Notes: generated by a model from the sequence alone, not told the origin. A DNA stretch of 47,946 nt, filler included, from Sphacelaria rigidula (GCA_964200075.2; 2 parts of 2 records of this genome joined end to end with filler, not necessarily neighbours in it), one strand, 5' to 3'; shown: positions 1 through 15,000, counted from the whole stretch's first letter. Translations and numbers: made by a program.

Positions 1-3000
1 GGAGGGGAGAGATACCGTCTCTTTCTCATGTCTATCTCCGGGCTGTGTTATGGTGAGTGAGGAAAAAACGTTAGCTTTTCCATTCCATGTCCATGTCCGG
101 CCTGCGTTATGGTAGGTTGGAGAACAATGAGGGTTAGCTTATCCATTTCATGTCTATGTCCGGGCTGTGTTTGAGTACGTTTAAGAAGAAGGAGAGTTAG
201 CTTCTCTATTCCATGTCTATGTTCGGCCCGTGTTATGGTTGGTGGACGAAAAAAGAGGGTAAGGTTTCTCATTTTATGCCTTTGTCCGGGCTGTTATGGT
301 GGGTTAAACAAAAGGGAGAATTCGTTTTTTCTTTCACGTCTATGTCCAGGCTGTGCTCCGGTAGATTGAAGGAAGGGGGGGTCAGCTTCTCCATTGCATG
401 CCAAAAGTCGGGCTGTGTTAGGGTGGGTAAAATCAAAAGGAGTGTTAGCTTATCCATCTCATGTCAATGTCCATGCTGTGTTATGGTATTTGGGAAAAGG
501 GGGGTTAGCTTATCCATTTCATGGCTATATCCGGGCTGTATTACGGTAGGTTTGAGGAAAGGGAGGGTTAGCTTTTTCCTTCCATGTCAATGTCCAGGCT
601 GTGCTCCGGTAGATTGAACGAAGGGAGGGTTACCGTCTCCTTTTTACGTTCATGTCCGGGCTGTGTGGTGGTAGGTGTAAGAAAAAGGGGAGGTTAGCTT
701 ATCCTTCTCATGTCTATATGTGGGCTGTATAATAGTAGGTTAAATAAAAGGGAGGGTTAGCTCTTTTTTTCATGTCTATGTCCAGGCTGTGCTCCGGTAG
801 ATTGAAGGAAGGGGGGAACAGCTTCTTTATTGCATGCCAAAAGTCGAGCGGTGTTATGGTCGGTGAAATCAAAAGGAGTGTGAGCTTATCCATCTCATGT
901 CAATGTCTGCGCTGTGCTATGGTAATTGGAAGAAGGGGGGGTTAGCGTATTCATTTCATGGCTATATCCGGGCTGTATTATGGTAAGTTCAAGGTAAGGG
1001 AGGGTTAGCTTTTCCCTTTCATGTCTATGTTCGGGCTGTATCATGGGAGGATAAATGAAAGGGGGGGTTAGGTTTTTTCTTTTTATGCCAATGTCCAGGC
1101 TGTGCTCTGGGAGAGTACAGGAGGGGGGGTCAGCTTATCCATCTCATGCCAAAAGCCGGGCTGTGTTATGGTAGTTGAAATCAAAAGGAGTGTCAGCTTA
1201 TCCATCTCATGTCACTTTCCGCGCTGTGTTGGGGTAATTGAAAGAAGGGGGGGTTAGCTCATTCATTCCATGGCTATATCCGGGCTGTGGTATGGTAGAT
1301 TGAAGAACAAGGGGGGTTAGCTTATCCATTTCATGTCTATATCCGGGCTGTGTTAGGTAGGTTCAAACAAAAGGAGGGTTAGCTTCTCTTTTTCATGTCT
1401 ATGTCCGGGCTGTGTTTGAGTATGTTGAAGAAAAAAGAGGGTAAGCATCTCCATTTCGATCTATTTCCGGCCCGTGTTATGGTTGGGTAACGAAACAAGA
1501 GGGTGGGGTCTCTCATTTCATGCCTATGTCCGGGCTGGTATGGTAGGTTGAACAATAGGGAGGATGAGCTTTTTCCTTTCATGGCGATGTCCAGGCTGTG
1601 CTCCGGTAGATTGAATGAAGGAAGGGTTACCGTCTCCATTTCACGTTCATGTCCAGGCTGTGTGATGGTACGTGTAAGAAGAAGGGGGGTTAGCTTATCC
1701 ATTACATGTCTATATCTGGGCTGTATAACGGTACAATGAATGAAAGGGAGGGTTAGCTTTTTCCTTTTATGTCTATGTCCAGGCTGTGCTCCGGTAGATT
1801 CAAAGAAGGGGGGTCAGCTTCTCCATTTCATGTCAAAATGCGGGCTGTGTTATGGTAGGTGAAATCAAAAAGAGTGTTAGCTTATACATCTCATGTCAAT
1901 GTCTACGCTGTGTTATGGTAATTGAAAAAAGGGGGGGTTAGCTTGTTCATCCCATGGGTATATCCGGGCTGTATTATGGTAGGTTCAAGTAGAGGAAGGG
2001 TTAGCTTTTTCCTTCCATGTCAATGTCCAGGCTGTGCTCCGGTAGATTGAACGAAGGGAGAGTTACCGTCTCCTTTTTATGTTCTTGTCCAGCTTGTATG
2101 ATTGCAGGTTGAAGAAAAAGGGGGGTTAGCTTTCACATTTCATGTCTATATCTGGGCTATATGATGGTACGATGAATAAAAGGGAGGGTTAGCTTTTTCC
2201 TTTTATGTCAATGTCAAGGCTGTGCTTAGGTAGATTAAAGGAAGGGGGGGGTTTCCGTCTCTATTTCACGTCTATGTCCAGCCTGTGTAATGGTAGGTGT
2301 AAGTAGAAGGGGGTGAGCTTATCCATTTCATGTCTATGTTCGTGCTGGATAAGGGTACGTTAAATAAAAGGGAGGGTTAGCTTTTTTCCATTTATGTCAA
2401 TGTCCGGGCTGTGGTTGAGTATGTTGAACAAAAAGAAGGGTTAGCTTCTCCATTTCATGTCTATGTCCGGCCCGTGTTATGGTTGGTTAACGAAACAAGA
2501 GGGTAAGGTTTCTCATTTCATGCCTATGTCCGGGCTGGTATGGTAGGTTAAACAAAAGGGAGGGTCAGCTTTTTCCTTTTATGTCAATGTCCAGGCTGTG
2601 CTCGGGTAGATTGAATGAAGGAAGGGTTACCGTCTCCATTTCACGTTCATGTCCGGGCTGTGTGATGGTAGGTGTAAGAAAAAGGGGGGTTAGCTTATCT
2701 ATTTCATGTCTATATCTGGGCTGTATAACGGTACGATGAATAAAAGGGAGGGTTAGCTTTTTCCTTTCATGTCTATGCCCAGGCTGTGCTCCGGTAGATT
2801 AAAGGAGGGGGGGGTCAGCTTCTCCATTTCATGCCAAAAGTCGAGCGGTGTTATGGTAGGTGAAATCAAAAGGAGTGTTAGCTTATCCATCTCATGTCAA
2901 TGTCCATGCTGTGTTATGGTAATTGTATAGAGGGGGGTTACCTTATGCATTTCATGGCTATATCCGGGCTGTGTTATGGTAGGTTTGAGGAAAGGGAGGG

Positions 3001-6000
3001 TTAGCTTTTTCCTTCCATGTCAATGTCCAGGCTGTGCTCCGGTAGATTGAACGAAGGAAGGGTTACCGTCTCCTTTTTATGTTCATGTTCGGGCGGTGTG
3101 GTGGTAGGTGTAAGAAAATGGGGAGGTTAGCTTATCCTTCTCATGTCTATATCTGGGCTGTATAATAGTACGTTAAATAAAAGGGAGGGTTAGCTCTTGT
3201 TTTCATGTCTATGCCCAGGCTGTGCTCCGGTAGATTGAAGGAAGGGGGGATCAGCTTCTTCATTGCATGCCAAAAGTCGAGCGGTGTTATGGTCGGTGAA
3301 ATAAAAAGAAGTGTGAGCTTATCCATCTCATGTCAATGTCTGCGCTGTGCTATGGTAATTGAAAGAAGGGGGGGTTAGCTTATCCATTTCATGGCTATAT
3401 CTGGGCTGTATTATGGTAAGTTCAAGGTAAGGGAGGGTTAGCTTTTCCCTTTTATGTCTATGTTCGGGCTGTATAATGGTAGGATACATGAAAGAAAGGG
3501 TTAGCTTCGTCCTCCTATGTCAATGTCCAGGCTGTGTGATGGTAGGTGTGAGAAAACGGAGGGTTAGCTTACCCATTTCATGTCTATGATCGTGCTGTAT
3601 AATGGCAGGTTAAATAAAAGGGAGGGTTAGGTTTTTGCTTTGATGTCAATGTCCAGGCTGTGCTCTGGTGGAGTACAGGAAGGGGGGGTCAGCTAATCCA
3701 TCTCATGTCAAAAGCCGGGCTGTGTTATGGTAGGTCCAAGAAAAATGGGGGTTCGCATATTCATTCCATATCTATTTCCGGGCTGTGCTCTGGTAGGTTA
3801 AATAAAAGGGAGGGTTAGCTTTCAAATTACATGTCTATGTCCAGGCTATGCTTCGATAAACCAAAGGAGGGGAGAGATGCCGTCTCTATTTCATGTCTAT
3901 GTCCAGGCTGTGTCATGGCGAGTGAGGAAAAAACGTTAGCTTCTCCATTCCATGTCCATGCCCGGCCTGCGTTATAGTAGGTTGGAGAACAAGGGGGGTT
4001 AGCTGATCCATCTCATGCCGAAAGCCGGACTGTGTTATGGTAGGTTCAAGGAAAATGGGGGTTCGCATATTCCTTTCATATCTATTTCCGGGCTGTGCTC
4101 TGGTAGGTTAAATTAAAGGGATGGTTAGCTTTTTCTTTACATGTCTTTGTCCAGGCTATGCTTCGATAAACTAAAGGAGGGGAGAGATACCGTCTCTTTC
4201 TCATGTCTATCTCCGGGCTGTGTTATGGTGAGTGAGGAAAAAACGTTAGCTTTTCCATTCCATGTCCATGTCCGGCCTGCGTTATGGTAGGTTGGAGAAC
4301 AAGGGGGGTTAGCGTATCCATTTCATGTCTATGTCCGGGGCTGTGTTTGAGTATGTTGAACAAAAAGGAGGGTTAGCTTCTCTATTCCATGTCTATGTTC
4401 GGCCCGTGTTATGGTTGGTTAACGAAACAAGAGGGTAAGGTTTCTCATTTTATGCCTATGTCCGGGCTGTTATGGTAGGTTAAACAGAAGGGAGGGTCAG
4501 CTTTTTCCTTTCATGCCAATGTCCAGGCTGTGCTCCGGTAGATTGAATGAGGGGAGGGTTACCGTCTCCATTTCACGTTCATGTCCAGGCTGTGTGATGG
4601 TAGGTGTAAGAAAAAGGGGGGTTAGCTTATCCATTTCATGTCTATATCTGGGCTGTAAAACGGTACGATGAATAAAAGGGAGGGTTAGCTTTTTCCTTTT
4701 ATGTCAATGTCCAGGCCGTGCTCCGGTAGATTCAAGGAAGGGGGTGTCAGCTTCTCCATTTCATGTCAATGTCCTGGCTGTGTTATGGTAGGTTCAAGAA
4801 AAATGGGGGTTCGAATATTTTTTCCATGTCTATTTCCGGTCTGTGTTATGGTAGGTTAAGTGAAAGAGAGGGTTGGCTTTTTCTTCTCATGTCTATGTCC
4901 AGGCTATGCTCCGATAGACTTAAGGAGGGGAGGGATACCGTCTCTATTTCATGTCAATGTCCAGGCTGTATTATGGTGAGTGAGGAAAAAACGTTAGCTT
5001 CTCCATTTCATGTCCATGTCCGGCCTGTGTTATGATAGGTGAGAAAAAAAGAGGGATTAGCTTATCCATTTCATGTCTATATTCGGGCTGTATTAGGTAG
5101 ATTCAAACAAAAGGAGGGTTAGCTTCTCTATCTCGTATCTATGTCCGGACTGTATAATGGTACGTTAAGTAAAAGGGAGGGCTAGCTTTTTCCTTTTATG
5201 TCAACGTCCAGGCTGTGCTCCGGTAGACTAAAGGAAGGGAGGGTTCCCGTCTCTTTTTCATGTCTATGTCCAGGCTGTGTGATAGTAGGTGTAAGAAAAA
5301 GGGGGGGTTAGCTTATCCGTTTCACGTCTATGTTCGGGCTGTATAATGGTAGGTCAAATAAAATGGAGGGTCAGCTCTTTCCTTTTGTGTCAATGTCCAG
5401 GCTGTGCTCTGGTAGAGTACAGGATGAGGGGTCAGCTCCTCCATTTCATGCCAAAATCCAGGCTGTGTTATGGTGGGTGAAAGCAAAGGGAGTGTCAGCT
5501 TATCCATCTCATGTCAACGTCCGCTCTGTGTTATGTTAATTGGAAAAAGGGGGGTTACCTCATGCAGTTCATGGCTATATCCGGGCTGTATAATGGTACG
5601 ATGAACAAAAGGGAGGGTTAGCTTTTTCCCCTGATGTCAATGTCCAGGCTGTGCTCCGGTAGATTGAACGAAGGGAGGGTTACGGTCTCCTTTTTATGTT
5701 CATGTCCAGGCTGTGTTTAAGTATGTTTGAGGGAAAAAAGAAGGGTTAGCTTCGTTGTTTCATGTCTATGTCTGGGCTGTATAGTGATACGATGAATAAA
5801 AGGGAGGGTTAGCTTCTTTTTGAAGTCTATGTCCAGCCTGTGCTCCGGCAGATTGAAGGAAGGGGGGGTCAGCTTTTCCATTGCATGCCAAAAGTCGAGC
5901 TGTGTTATGGTAGGTGAAATCAAAAGGGGTGTTAGCTTATCCATCTCATGTCAATGTCCGCGCTGTGCTATGGTATTTGGAAAAAGGGGGGGTCAGCTTC

Positions 6001-9000
6001 TCCATTTCATGGCTATATGCGGGCTGAATTATGGTAAGTTCAAGGTAAGGGAGGGTTAGCTTTTTCATTTCATGTCTATGTTCGGGCTGTATAATGGTAG
6101 GATAAATGAAAGGGAGGGTTAGCTTTTCCCTCTTATGTCAATGTCAAGGCTGTGCTCTCGTAGAGTAAAGGAAGGGAGGGTTCCCGTCTCTATTTCATGT
6201 CTATGTCCAGGCTTTGTGATGGTAGGTGTGAGTAAAAGGGGGGTTATCGTATCCATTTCATGCCTATGTTCGGACTGCATAATGGTAGGGTAAATTAAAG
6301 GGAGGATTAGCTTTTTCCTTTCATGTCAATGTCCAGGCTGTGCTATGGTATAGTTAAGAAACGGGGTGTCAGCTTATCCATCTCATGTCAATGTCCGGGG
6401 CTGTGTTATGGTAGGCTCAAGAAAAATGGGGGTTCGCATATCTTTTCCATGTCTATTTCCGGTTTTTGTGATGGTAGAGTAAAGGGAAGGGGGGGTCAGC
6501 TCTTTTCTTTCATGTCAATGTCGAGGCTGTGCTCCGGTAGACTAAAGGAAGGGAGGAATACCGTCTGTATTTTATGTTTATGTCCAGGCTGTGTTATGGT
6601 GAGTGAGGAGAAAACGTCAGCTTCCCCATTCCATGTCCATGTCCGGCCTGTGTCATGATAGGTTGAAGAACAAGGGGGGTTAGCTTATGCACTTCATGTC
6701 TATATCCGGGCTGTGTTAGGTATGTTCAAACAAAAGGAGGGTTAGCTTCTCTATTTCATGTCTATGTCCGGCCTGGGTTCGAGTATGTTGAAGAAAAAGG
6801 AGGGTTAGCTTCTCTATTCCATGTCTATGTCCGGCCCGTGTTATGGTTGGTTAACGAAAACAGAGGGTAAGGTTTCTCATATCATGCCTATGTCCGGGCT
6901 GTTATCGTAGGTTTAAGGAAAGGGAGGTTTAGCTTTTTCCCTTCATGTCACTGTCCAGGCTGTGCTCCAGTAGACTGAATGAAGGGAGGGTTACCGTCTC
7001 CTTTTTATGTTCATGTCCAGGCTGTGTTCGAGTATGTTGGAGGTAAAAAAGGAGGGTTAGCTCCTTTGTTTCATGTATATGTCTGGGCTGTATAATGGTA
7101 CGATGAATCAAAGGCAGGGTTAGCTTCTTTTTAATGTCCATGTCCAGGCTGTGCTCCGGTGGATTGAAGGAAGGGAGGGATACCGCCTCTATTTCATGTC
7201 TATGTTCAGGCTGTATAATGGTAGGTTAAATACGAGGAAGGGTTAGCTTTTTCCTTTCATGTCTATGTCCAGGCTGTGCTCCGGTAGACTGAAGGAAGGG
7301 AGGGATACCGCCTCTATTCCATGTCTATGTCCAGGCTGTGTTATGGTGAGTGAGGAGAAAACGTTAGCTTCTCCATTCCATGTCCATGTCCGGCCTGTGT
7401 TATGGTAGGTTGAAGAAAAAGGGGGGTTAGCTTATCCATTTCATGTCTATATCCGGGCTGTGTTAGGTAGGTTCAAACAAAAGGAGGGTTAGCTTCTCCG
7501 TTTCATGTCTATGTCCGGCCCATGTTATGGTGGGTTGACGAAAAAAAAGGGTTAGCTTTTTTATTTCATGTCTATGTTCAGCCTGTATAATGGTAGGTTA
7601 AATACGAGGAAGGGTTACCTTTTCCCTTTCAGGTCTATGTCCAGTCTGTGCTCCGGCAGACTAAAGGAAGGGAGGGATACCGCCTCTATTCCATGTCTAT
7701 GTCCAGGCTGTGTTATGGTAGGTGAGAAAAAAAAGGGGGGTTAGCTTCTCCATTCCATGTCCATGTCCGGCCTGTGTTATGGTAGGTTGAAGAAAGAGGG
7801 GGGTTAGCTTCTCCATTTCATGTCTATATCCGGGCTGTGTTAGGTTGGTTCAAACAAAAGAGGGGTTAGCTTCTCCATTTCATGTCTATGTCCGGCCCGT
7901 GTTATGGTTGGTTAACGAAAAAGAAGGGTAAGGTTTCTCATTTCATGTCTATGTCCGGGCTGTTGTCGTAGGTTTAAGGAAAGGAAGGGTCAACTTTTTC
8001 CTTTTATGTCAATGTCCAGTCTGTGCTCCGGTAGATTGAATGAAGGGAGGGTTACCGTCTCCTTTTTCAGGTTCATGTCCAGGCTGTGTGATGGCAGGTT
8101 GAAAACAAAGGGGGGTTAGCTTATCCATTTCATGTCCATGTCTGGGCTGTATAACAGTACGATGAATGAAAAGGAGGGTTAGCTTATTCTTTTTATGTCT
8201 ATGTCCAGGCTGTGCTCCGGTGGATTGAAGGAAGGGGGGGTCAGCTTCTTTATTTTATGTCAAAAGTCGAGCTGTGTTGTGGTAGGTGAAATCGAAAGGA
8301 GTGTCAGCTTATCCATCTCATGTCCATGTCCGCGCTGTGTGATGGTAATTGAAAGAAGGGGGGGTAAGCTTATCCATTTCATGGCTATATCCGGGCTGTA
8401 TTATGGTAGGTTTGAGGAAAGGGAGGGTTAGCTTTTCCCTTTTATGTCAATGTCCAGGCTGTGCTCCGGTGGCGTTAAGGAAGGGAGGGTTCCCGTCTCT
8501 TTTTCATGTCTATGTAAAGGCTGTGTGATGAAAAGTGCAAAAAAAAGGGGGTTTAGCTTATCCATTTCATGTCTATGTTCGGGCTGTATAATGGTAGGTC
8601 AAATAAAAGGGAGGGTTAGCTTTTCCTTTTATGTCAATGTCCAGGCTGTGCTCTAGAAGATTGAAGGAAGGGGGGGTCAGCTTCTTCATTTCATGACAAA
8701 CACCGGGCTGTGTTATGGTGGGTGAAAGCAAAGGGAGTGTCAGCTTATCCATCTCATCTCAATGTCCGCGCTGTGTTATGGTAATCGTAAAGAGGGGGGT
8801 TACCTTATGCATTTCATGGCTATATCCGGGCTGTGTTATGGTAGGTTGGAGGAAAGGGAGGGTTAGCTTTTTCCTTTCATGTCAATAACCAGGCTGTGCT
8901 CCGGTAGATTGAACGAAGGGAGGGTTACCGTCTCCTTTTCATGTTCATGTCCAGGCTGTGTGATGGTAGGTTTTAAAAAGGGGGGATTTGCTTATCCATT

Positions 9001-12000
9001 TCATGTTTATTTCTGGGCTGTATAATGGTACGATGAATAAGAGGCAGGGTTAGCTTTTTCCTTTCATGTCTAGGTCCAGGCTATGCTCCGGTACATTATT
9101 GAAGGGGGGGTCAGCTTCTCCATTGCATGCCAAAAGTCGAGCTGTGTTATGGTAGGTGAAATCAAAAGGAGTGTTAGCTTATCCATCTCATGTCCATGTC
9201 CGCGCTATGTTATGGTAATTGAAAGAAGGGGGGTAAGCTCATGCATTCCATGGCTATATCCGGGCTGTGTTATGGTAGGTTTAGGGAAAAGAAGGGTTAG
9301 CTCCTTTACTTCATGTCTATGTCCGGGCTGTGTTTGAGTATGTTGAAGGAAAAGGAGGGTTAGCTTCTCCATTTCATGTCTATGTCCGGCCTGTGTTATG
9401 GTGGGTTAAAGAAAAAAGAGAGTTAGCTTTTTTATTTCATGTCTATGTTCAGGCTGTGTTAGATAGGTTCAAACGAAAAGAGGGTTAGCTTCTCCATTTC
9501 ATGTCTATGTCCGGGCTGGGTTTGAGTAGGTTGAAACAAAAGGAGGGTTAGCTTCTCCATTTCATGTCTATGTCTGGCCCGTGTTATGATTGGCTAACGG
9601 AAAAAAAGAGTAGGGTTTCTCATTTCATGCCTATGTCCGGGCTGTCATCGTAGGTAGAACAAAAGGAAGGGTTAGCTTTTTCCTTTTGTGTCAATGTCCA
9701 GGTTGTGCTCCGGTAGATTGAATGAAGGGAGGGTTACCGTCTCCTTTCTAGGTTCATGTCCAGGCTGTGCGATGGTAGGTTGAAGAAAAAGGGGGGTTAG
9801 CTTATTCATTTCATGTCCATGTCCGGGCTGTATAACGGTTCGATGGACAAAAGGGAGGGTTAGCTTTTTCCTTTTATGTCTGTGTCCGGGCTGTGCTCCG
9901 GTAGATTAAATGAAGGGAGGGTGACCGTCTCCATTTCATGCAAAAAGTCGAGCTGTGTTGTGGTAGGTGAAATCAAGAGGAGTGTTAGCTTATCCATCCC
10001 ATGTCAATGTCCGCGCTGTGTTATAGTGATTGTAAAGAGGGGAGTTAGCTTATGCATTTCATGGATATATCCGGGCTGCATCATGGTAGGTTTAAGAAAA
10101 GGGACGGTTAGCTTTTTCCTTTTATGTCAATGTCCAGGCTGTGCTCCGGTGGCGTTAAGGAAGGGAGGGTTCCCGTCTCTTTTTCATGTCTATGTCGAGG
10201 CTGTGTGATGATAGGTGTAAGAAAAAGGGGGGTTAGCTTATCCATTTCATGTCTATGTTCGGGCTGTATAATGGTACGATGAATAAAGGGGAGGGTTAGC
10301 TTTTTCCTTTCATGTCTATGTCCAGGCTGTGCTCCGGTAGATGAAAGGAAAGGGGGGTCAGCTTCTTCATATCAAGCCAAAAACCGGGCTGTGTTATGGT
10401 AGATGAAATCAAAAGGAGTGTCAGCTTATCCATCTCATGTCAATGTCCGCGCTGTGTTATGGTAATTGTAAAGAGGGGGGTTACCTTATGCATTTCATGG
10501 CTATATCCGGGCTGTGTTATGGTAGGTTCAAGAAATGGGAGGGTTAGCTTCTTCCTCTTATGTCAATGTCCAGGCTGTGCTCCGGTAGATTGAACGAAGG
10601 GAGGGTTACCGTCTTCTTTTCATGTCCATGTCCACGCTGTGTGATCGTAGGTGAATAAAAAAGGGGGGTTAGCTTATGAATTTCATGTCCATATCTGGGC
10701 TGTACAATGGTACGATGAATAAAAGGGAGGGGTCGCTCTTCTTTTTATGCCTATGTCCAGGCTGTGCTCCGGTAGATTGAAGGAAGGGGGGGTCAGCTTC
10801 TCCATTGCATGCCAAAAGTCGAGCTGTGTTATGGTAGGTGAAATCAGAAGGAGTGTTAGCTTATTCATCTCATGTCAATGTCCGCGCTGTGTTATGGTAA
10901 TTGTAAAAGGGGGGTTACCTTATGCATTTCATGGCTATATCCGGGCTGTTTCATGGTAGGTTCAGTGAAAAGGAGGGTTAGCTTCTCCCGTTTATGTCTA
11001 TGTCCAGGCTGTGCTCCGGTAGATTGATCGAAGGGAGGGTTACCGTCTCCATTTCATGTTCATGTCCAGGCTGTGTGACGGTAGGTGTAGAAAAAAGGGG
11101 GGTTAGCTTATCCATTACATCTCTATGTTCGAGCTATATAATGGTAGGTTTGAGGAAAGGGAGGGTTAGCTTTTTGCTTTCATGTCAATGTCCAGGCTGT
11201 GCTCCGGTAGATTGAACGAAGGGAGGGTTACCGTCTCCTTTTTATGTTCATGTCCAGGCTGTGTGATGGTAGGTGCAAGAAAAAGGGGGGTTAGCTTATC
11301 CATTTCATGTCCATGCCCGGGCTGTATAATGGTACGATGAATAAAAGGGAGGGTTAGCTTTTTCCTTTCATGTCTATGTCCAGGCTGTGCACCGGTAGAT
11401 TGAAGGAACGGGGGGTCAGCTTCTCCATGTCATGCCAAAAGTCGAGCTGTGTTATGGTGGGTGAAAGCAAAGGGAGTGTCAGCTTATCCATCTCATGTCA
11501 ATGTCCGCGCTGTGTTATGGTAATTGTAAAGAGGGGGGTTACCTTATGCATTTCATGGCTATATCCGGGCTGTGTTATGGTAGGTTGGAGGAAAGGGAGG
11601 GTTAGCTTTTTCCTTTCATGTCAATAACCAGGCTGTGCTCCGGTAGATTGAACGAAGGGAGGGTTACCGTCTCCTTTTTATGTTCATGTCCAAGCTGTGT
11701 GATGATAGGTGTAAGAAAAAGGGGGGTAGCTCATCCATTTCATGTTTATTTCTGAGCTGTATAATGGTACTTTGAATAAGAGGCAGGGTGAGCTTTTTCC
11801 TTTCATGTCTATGCCCGGGCCGTGCTCCGGTAGATTAAAGGAAGGGGGGGTCAGCTTCTCCATTGCATGCCAGAAGTCGAGCTGTGTTATGGTAGGTGAA
11901 ATCAGAAGGAGTGTTAGCTTATTCATCGCATGTCAATGTCCGCGCTGTGTTATGGTTATTGTCAAGAGGGCGGTTAGCTTGTGCATTTCATGGCTATATC

Positions 12001-15000
12001 CGGGCTGTTTCATGGTAGGTTTAGTAAAAAGGAGGGTGAGCTTCTCCCTGTTATGTCAAAGTCCAGGCTGTGCTCCGGTGGATTGATCGAAGGGAGGGTT
12101 ACCGTCTCCATTTCATGTTCATCTCCAGGCTGTGTGATGGTAGGTTTAAAAAAGGGGGGGTTAGCTTATCCATTTCATGTTTATTTCTGGGCTGGATAAT
12201 GGTACGATGAAAACGAGGCAGGGTTAGCTTTTTGCTTTCATGTCAATGTCCAGGCTGTGCTCCGGTAGATTTAACGAAGGAAGGGTTACCGTCTCCTTTT
12301 TATGTTCATGTCCAGGCTGTGTGATGGTAGGTGTAAGAAAAAGGGGGGTTAGCTTATCCATTTCATGTCCATGTCCGGGATGTAGAATGGTACGACGAAT
12401 AAAAGGCAGGGTTAGCTTTTTCCTTTTATGTCTATGTCCAGGCTGTGCACCGGTAGATTCAAGGAAGGGGGGGTCAGCTTCTCCATGTCATGCCAAAAGT
12501 CGAGCTGTGTAATGGTAGGTGAAATCAGAAGGAGTGTTAGCTTATCCATCTCATGTCCATGTCCGCGCTGTGTTATGGTAATTGTAAAGAGGGGGGTTAG
12601 CTTATGCATTTCATGACTATATCCGGGCTGTGTTATGGTAGGTGTAGTAAAAGGAGGGTGAACTTTTCCCTTTTATGTCAATGTTCAGGCTGTGCTCCGG
12701 TAGATTGAACGACGGGAGGGTTACCGTCTCCATTTCATGTTCATGTCCAGGCTGTGTGACGGTAGGTGTGAAGAAAGGGGAGTTAGCTTATCCACTACAT
12801 GTCTATGTTCGAGCTATATAATGGTTGGTTTATGGAAAGGGGGAGTTAGCTTTTTCGTTTTATGTCAATGTCTAGGCTGTGCTCCGGTAGATTGAACGAA
12901 GGGAGGGTTACCGTCTCCATTTCATGTCAAAAGCTGGGCTGTGTGATGGTAGGTTAAAGCAAAAGGGGGGTTAGCTTATCCATTCCATGTTTATATCCGG
13001 GCTGTATAATGGTACGATGAATACAAGGGAGGCTTAGCTTTTTCCTTTTATGTCTATGTCCGGGCTGTGCTTCGGTAGATTGAACGAAGGGAGGGTTACC
13101 GTCTCCATTTAATGTCAAAAGCTGGGCTGTGTGATGGTAGGTTAAAGCAAAAGGGGGGTTAGCTTATCCATTCCATGTCAATGTCCGCGCCGTGTTATGG
13201 TGATTGGAAGAAGGGGGGGTTAGCTTATCCATTTCATGGCTATATCCGGGCTGTATTATGGTAGGTTTAAGGAAAGGGAGGGTCAGCTTTTTTCTTTCAT
13301 ATCTATGTCCAGGCTGTGCTCCGGTAAAGTAAAGGAAGGGAGGCATACCGTCTCTATTTCATGTCTCTGTCCAGGCTGTGTTATGGTAGGTGAGAAAAAA
13401 AAGTTAGCTTCTCCATTCCATGTCCATGTCCGGCCTGTGTTATGGTAGGTTGAAGAAAAAGGGGGGTTAGCTTATCCATTTCATGTCTATATCTAGGCTG
13501 TGTTAGGTGGTTCAAGACAAAAGGAGGGTTAGCTTCTCCATTTCATGTCCATGGCCGGGCTGTGTTCAGGTAGGTTAACGAAAAGGGAGGGTGAGCTTCT
13601 TTGTTTCATGTCTATGTCCGGGCTGTGTTACGGTATGTTGAAGAAAAAGGGGGATCAGTTTGTCTTTTTGACGTCTATGTCCGGCCTGTGTTCTGGTTCG
13701 TCAAAGAAAAAGGAGGGTTAGGTTCTTAGTTTCATATCCATGTCCGGGCTGTGTTCTGGTAGGTCAAAGGAAAAAGAGGGTTAGGTTCTTAATTTCATGT
13801 CCACGTCCGGGCTGTATCATGGTAGGTTGGAGAAAAAGGATGGTTAGGTTCTTAATTTCATGTCTTATCCGGGCTGTGTTCCGGTAGGTTCAACAAAGAG
13901 AAAAGGGGGTTAGCTTCTCCATTTCATGCCTACAGCCGGGCTGTGTGAAGGTAGGTGAAAGCAAAAGGAGTGTCGGCTTCTCCATTTCATGTCAATGTCC
14001 GCGCTGTGTTATGGTAGGGGAAAGAAAAATGAGTGTTAGCTTCTCCAATTCATGGCTATGTTCGGGCCGTATTGTGGTAGGTTGAATAAAAGGGAGGGTT
14101 AGCTTTTTCCTTTTATGTCTATGTCCAGGCTGTGCTCCGGTAGACTAAAGGCAGGGAGGGTTATCGTCTCTATTTCATGTCTCTGTCCAGGCTGTGTTAT
14201 GGTAGGTGAGACAAAGGGGGGTTAGCTGCTCCATTCCATGTCCATGTCCGGCCTGTGTTATGGTAGATTGAAGAAAAAGGGGGGTTAGCTTATCCATTTC
14301 ATGTCCATATCCGGTCTGTGGTAGGTGGGTTAAAACAAAAGGAGGGTTAGCTTCTCTTTTTCATGTCCATGGCCGGGCTGTGTTCAGGTAGGTTAACGAA
14401 AAAGGAGGGTGAGCTTCTTCGTTTCATGTTTATGTTCGGGCTGTGTTACGGTATGTTGAAGAAAAAGGGGGATAAGTTTTTTTTTCATGTCCATGTCCGG
14501 GCTGTGTTCTGGTTGGTCAAAGGAAAAGGAGGGATAGGCTCTTCATTTCATGTCCACGTCCGGGCTGTATTATGGTAGGTTGGAGAAAAAGGATGGTTAC
14601 CTTCTCCATTTCATGTCTATGTCGGGGCTGTGTTCCGGTAGGTTCAACAAAGAAAAAAAGGGGGGTTAGCTTCTCCAGTTCATGCCTATAGCCGGGCTGT
14701 GTTATGGTGGGTGAAAGCAAAAGGAGTGTTACCTTCTCCATTTCATGTCAATGTCCGCGCTGTGTCATGGTAGGGGAAAGAAAAAAGGGGGTTCGTATCT
14801 CTATTCCATGCTATGTCCGGGCTGTGTTGCGGTAGGTTCAAGGAAAGGGAGGGTTAGGTTTTCAAGTTCACGTCCATGTCCGGGCTGTGTTGTGGTAGGT
14901 GGAAGAAAAAGGAGGGTTAACTTTTTCATTTCATGTCGATGTCCGGACTGTTACGGTAGGTTAAAGAAAATGGAGGGTTATCTTCTCCATTCCATGTTTA

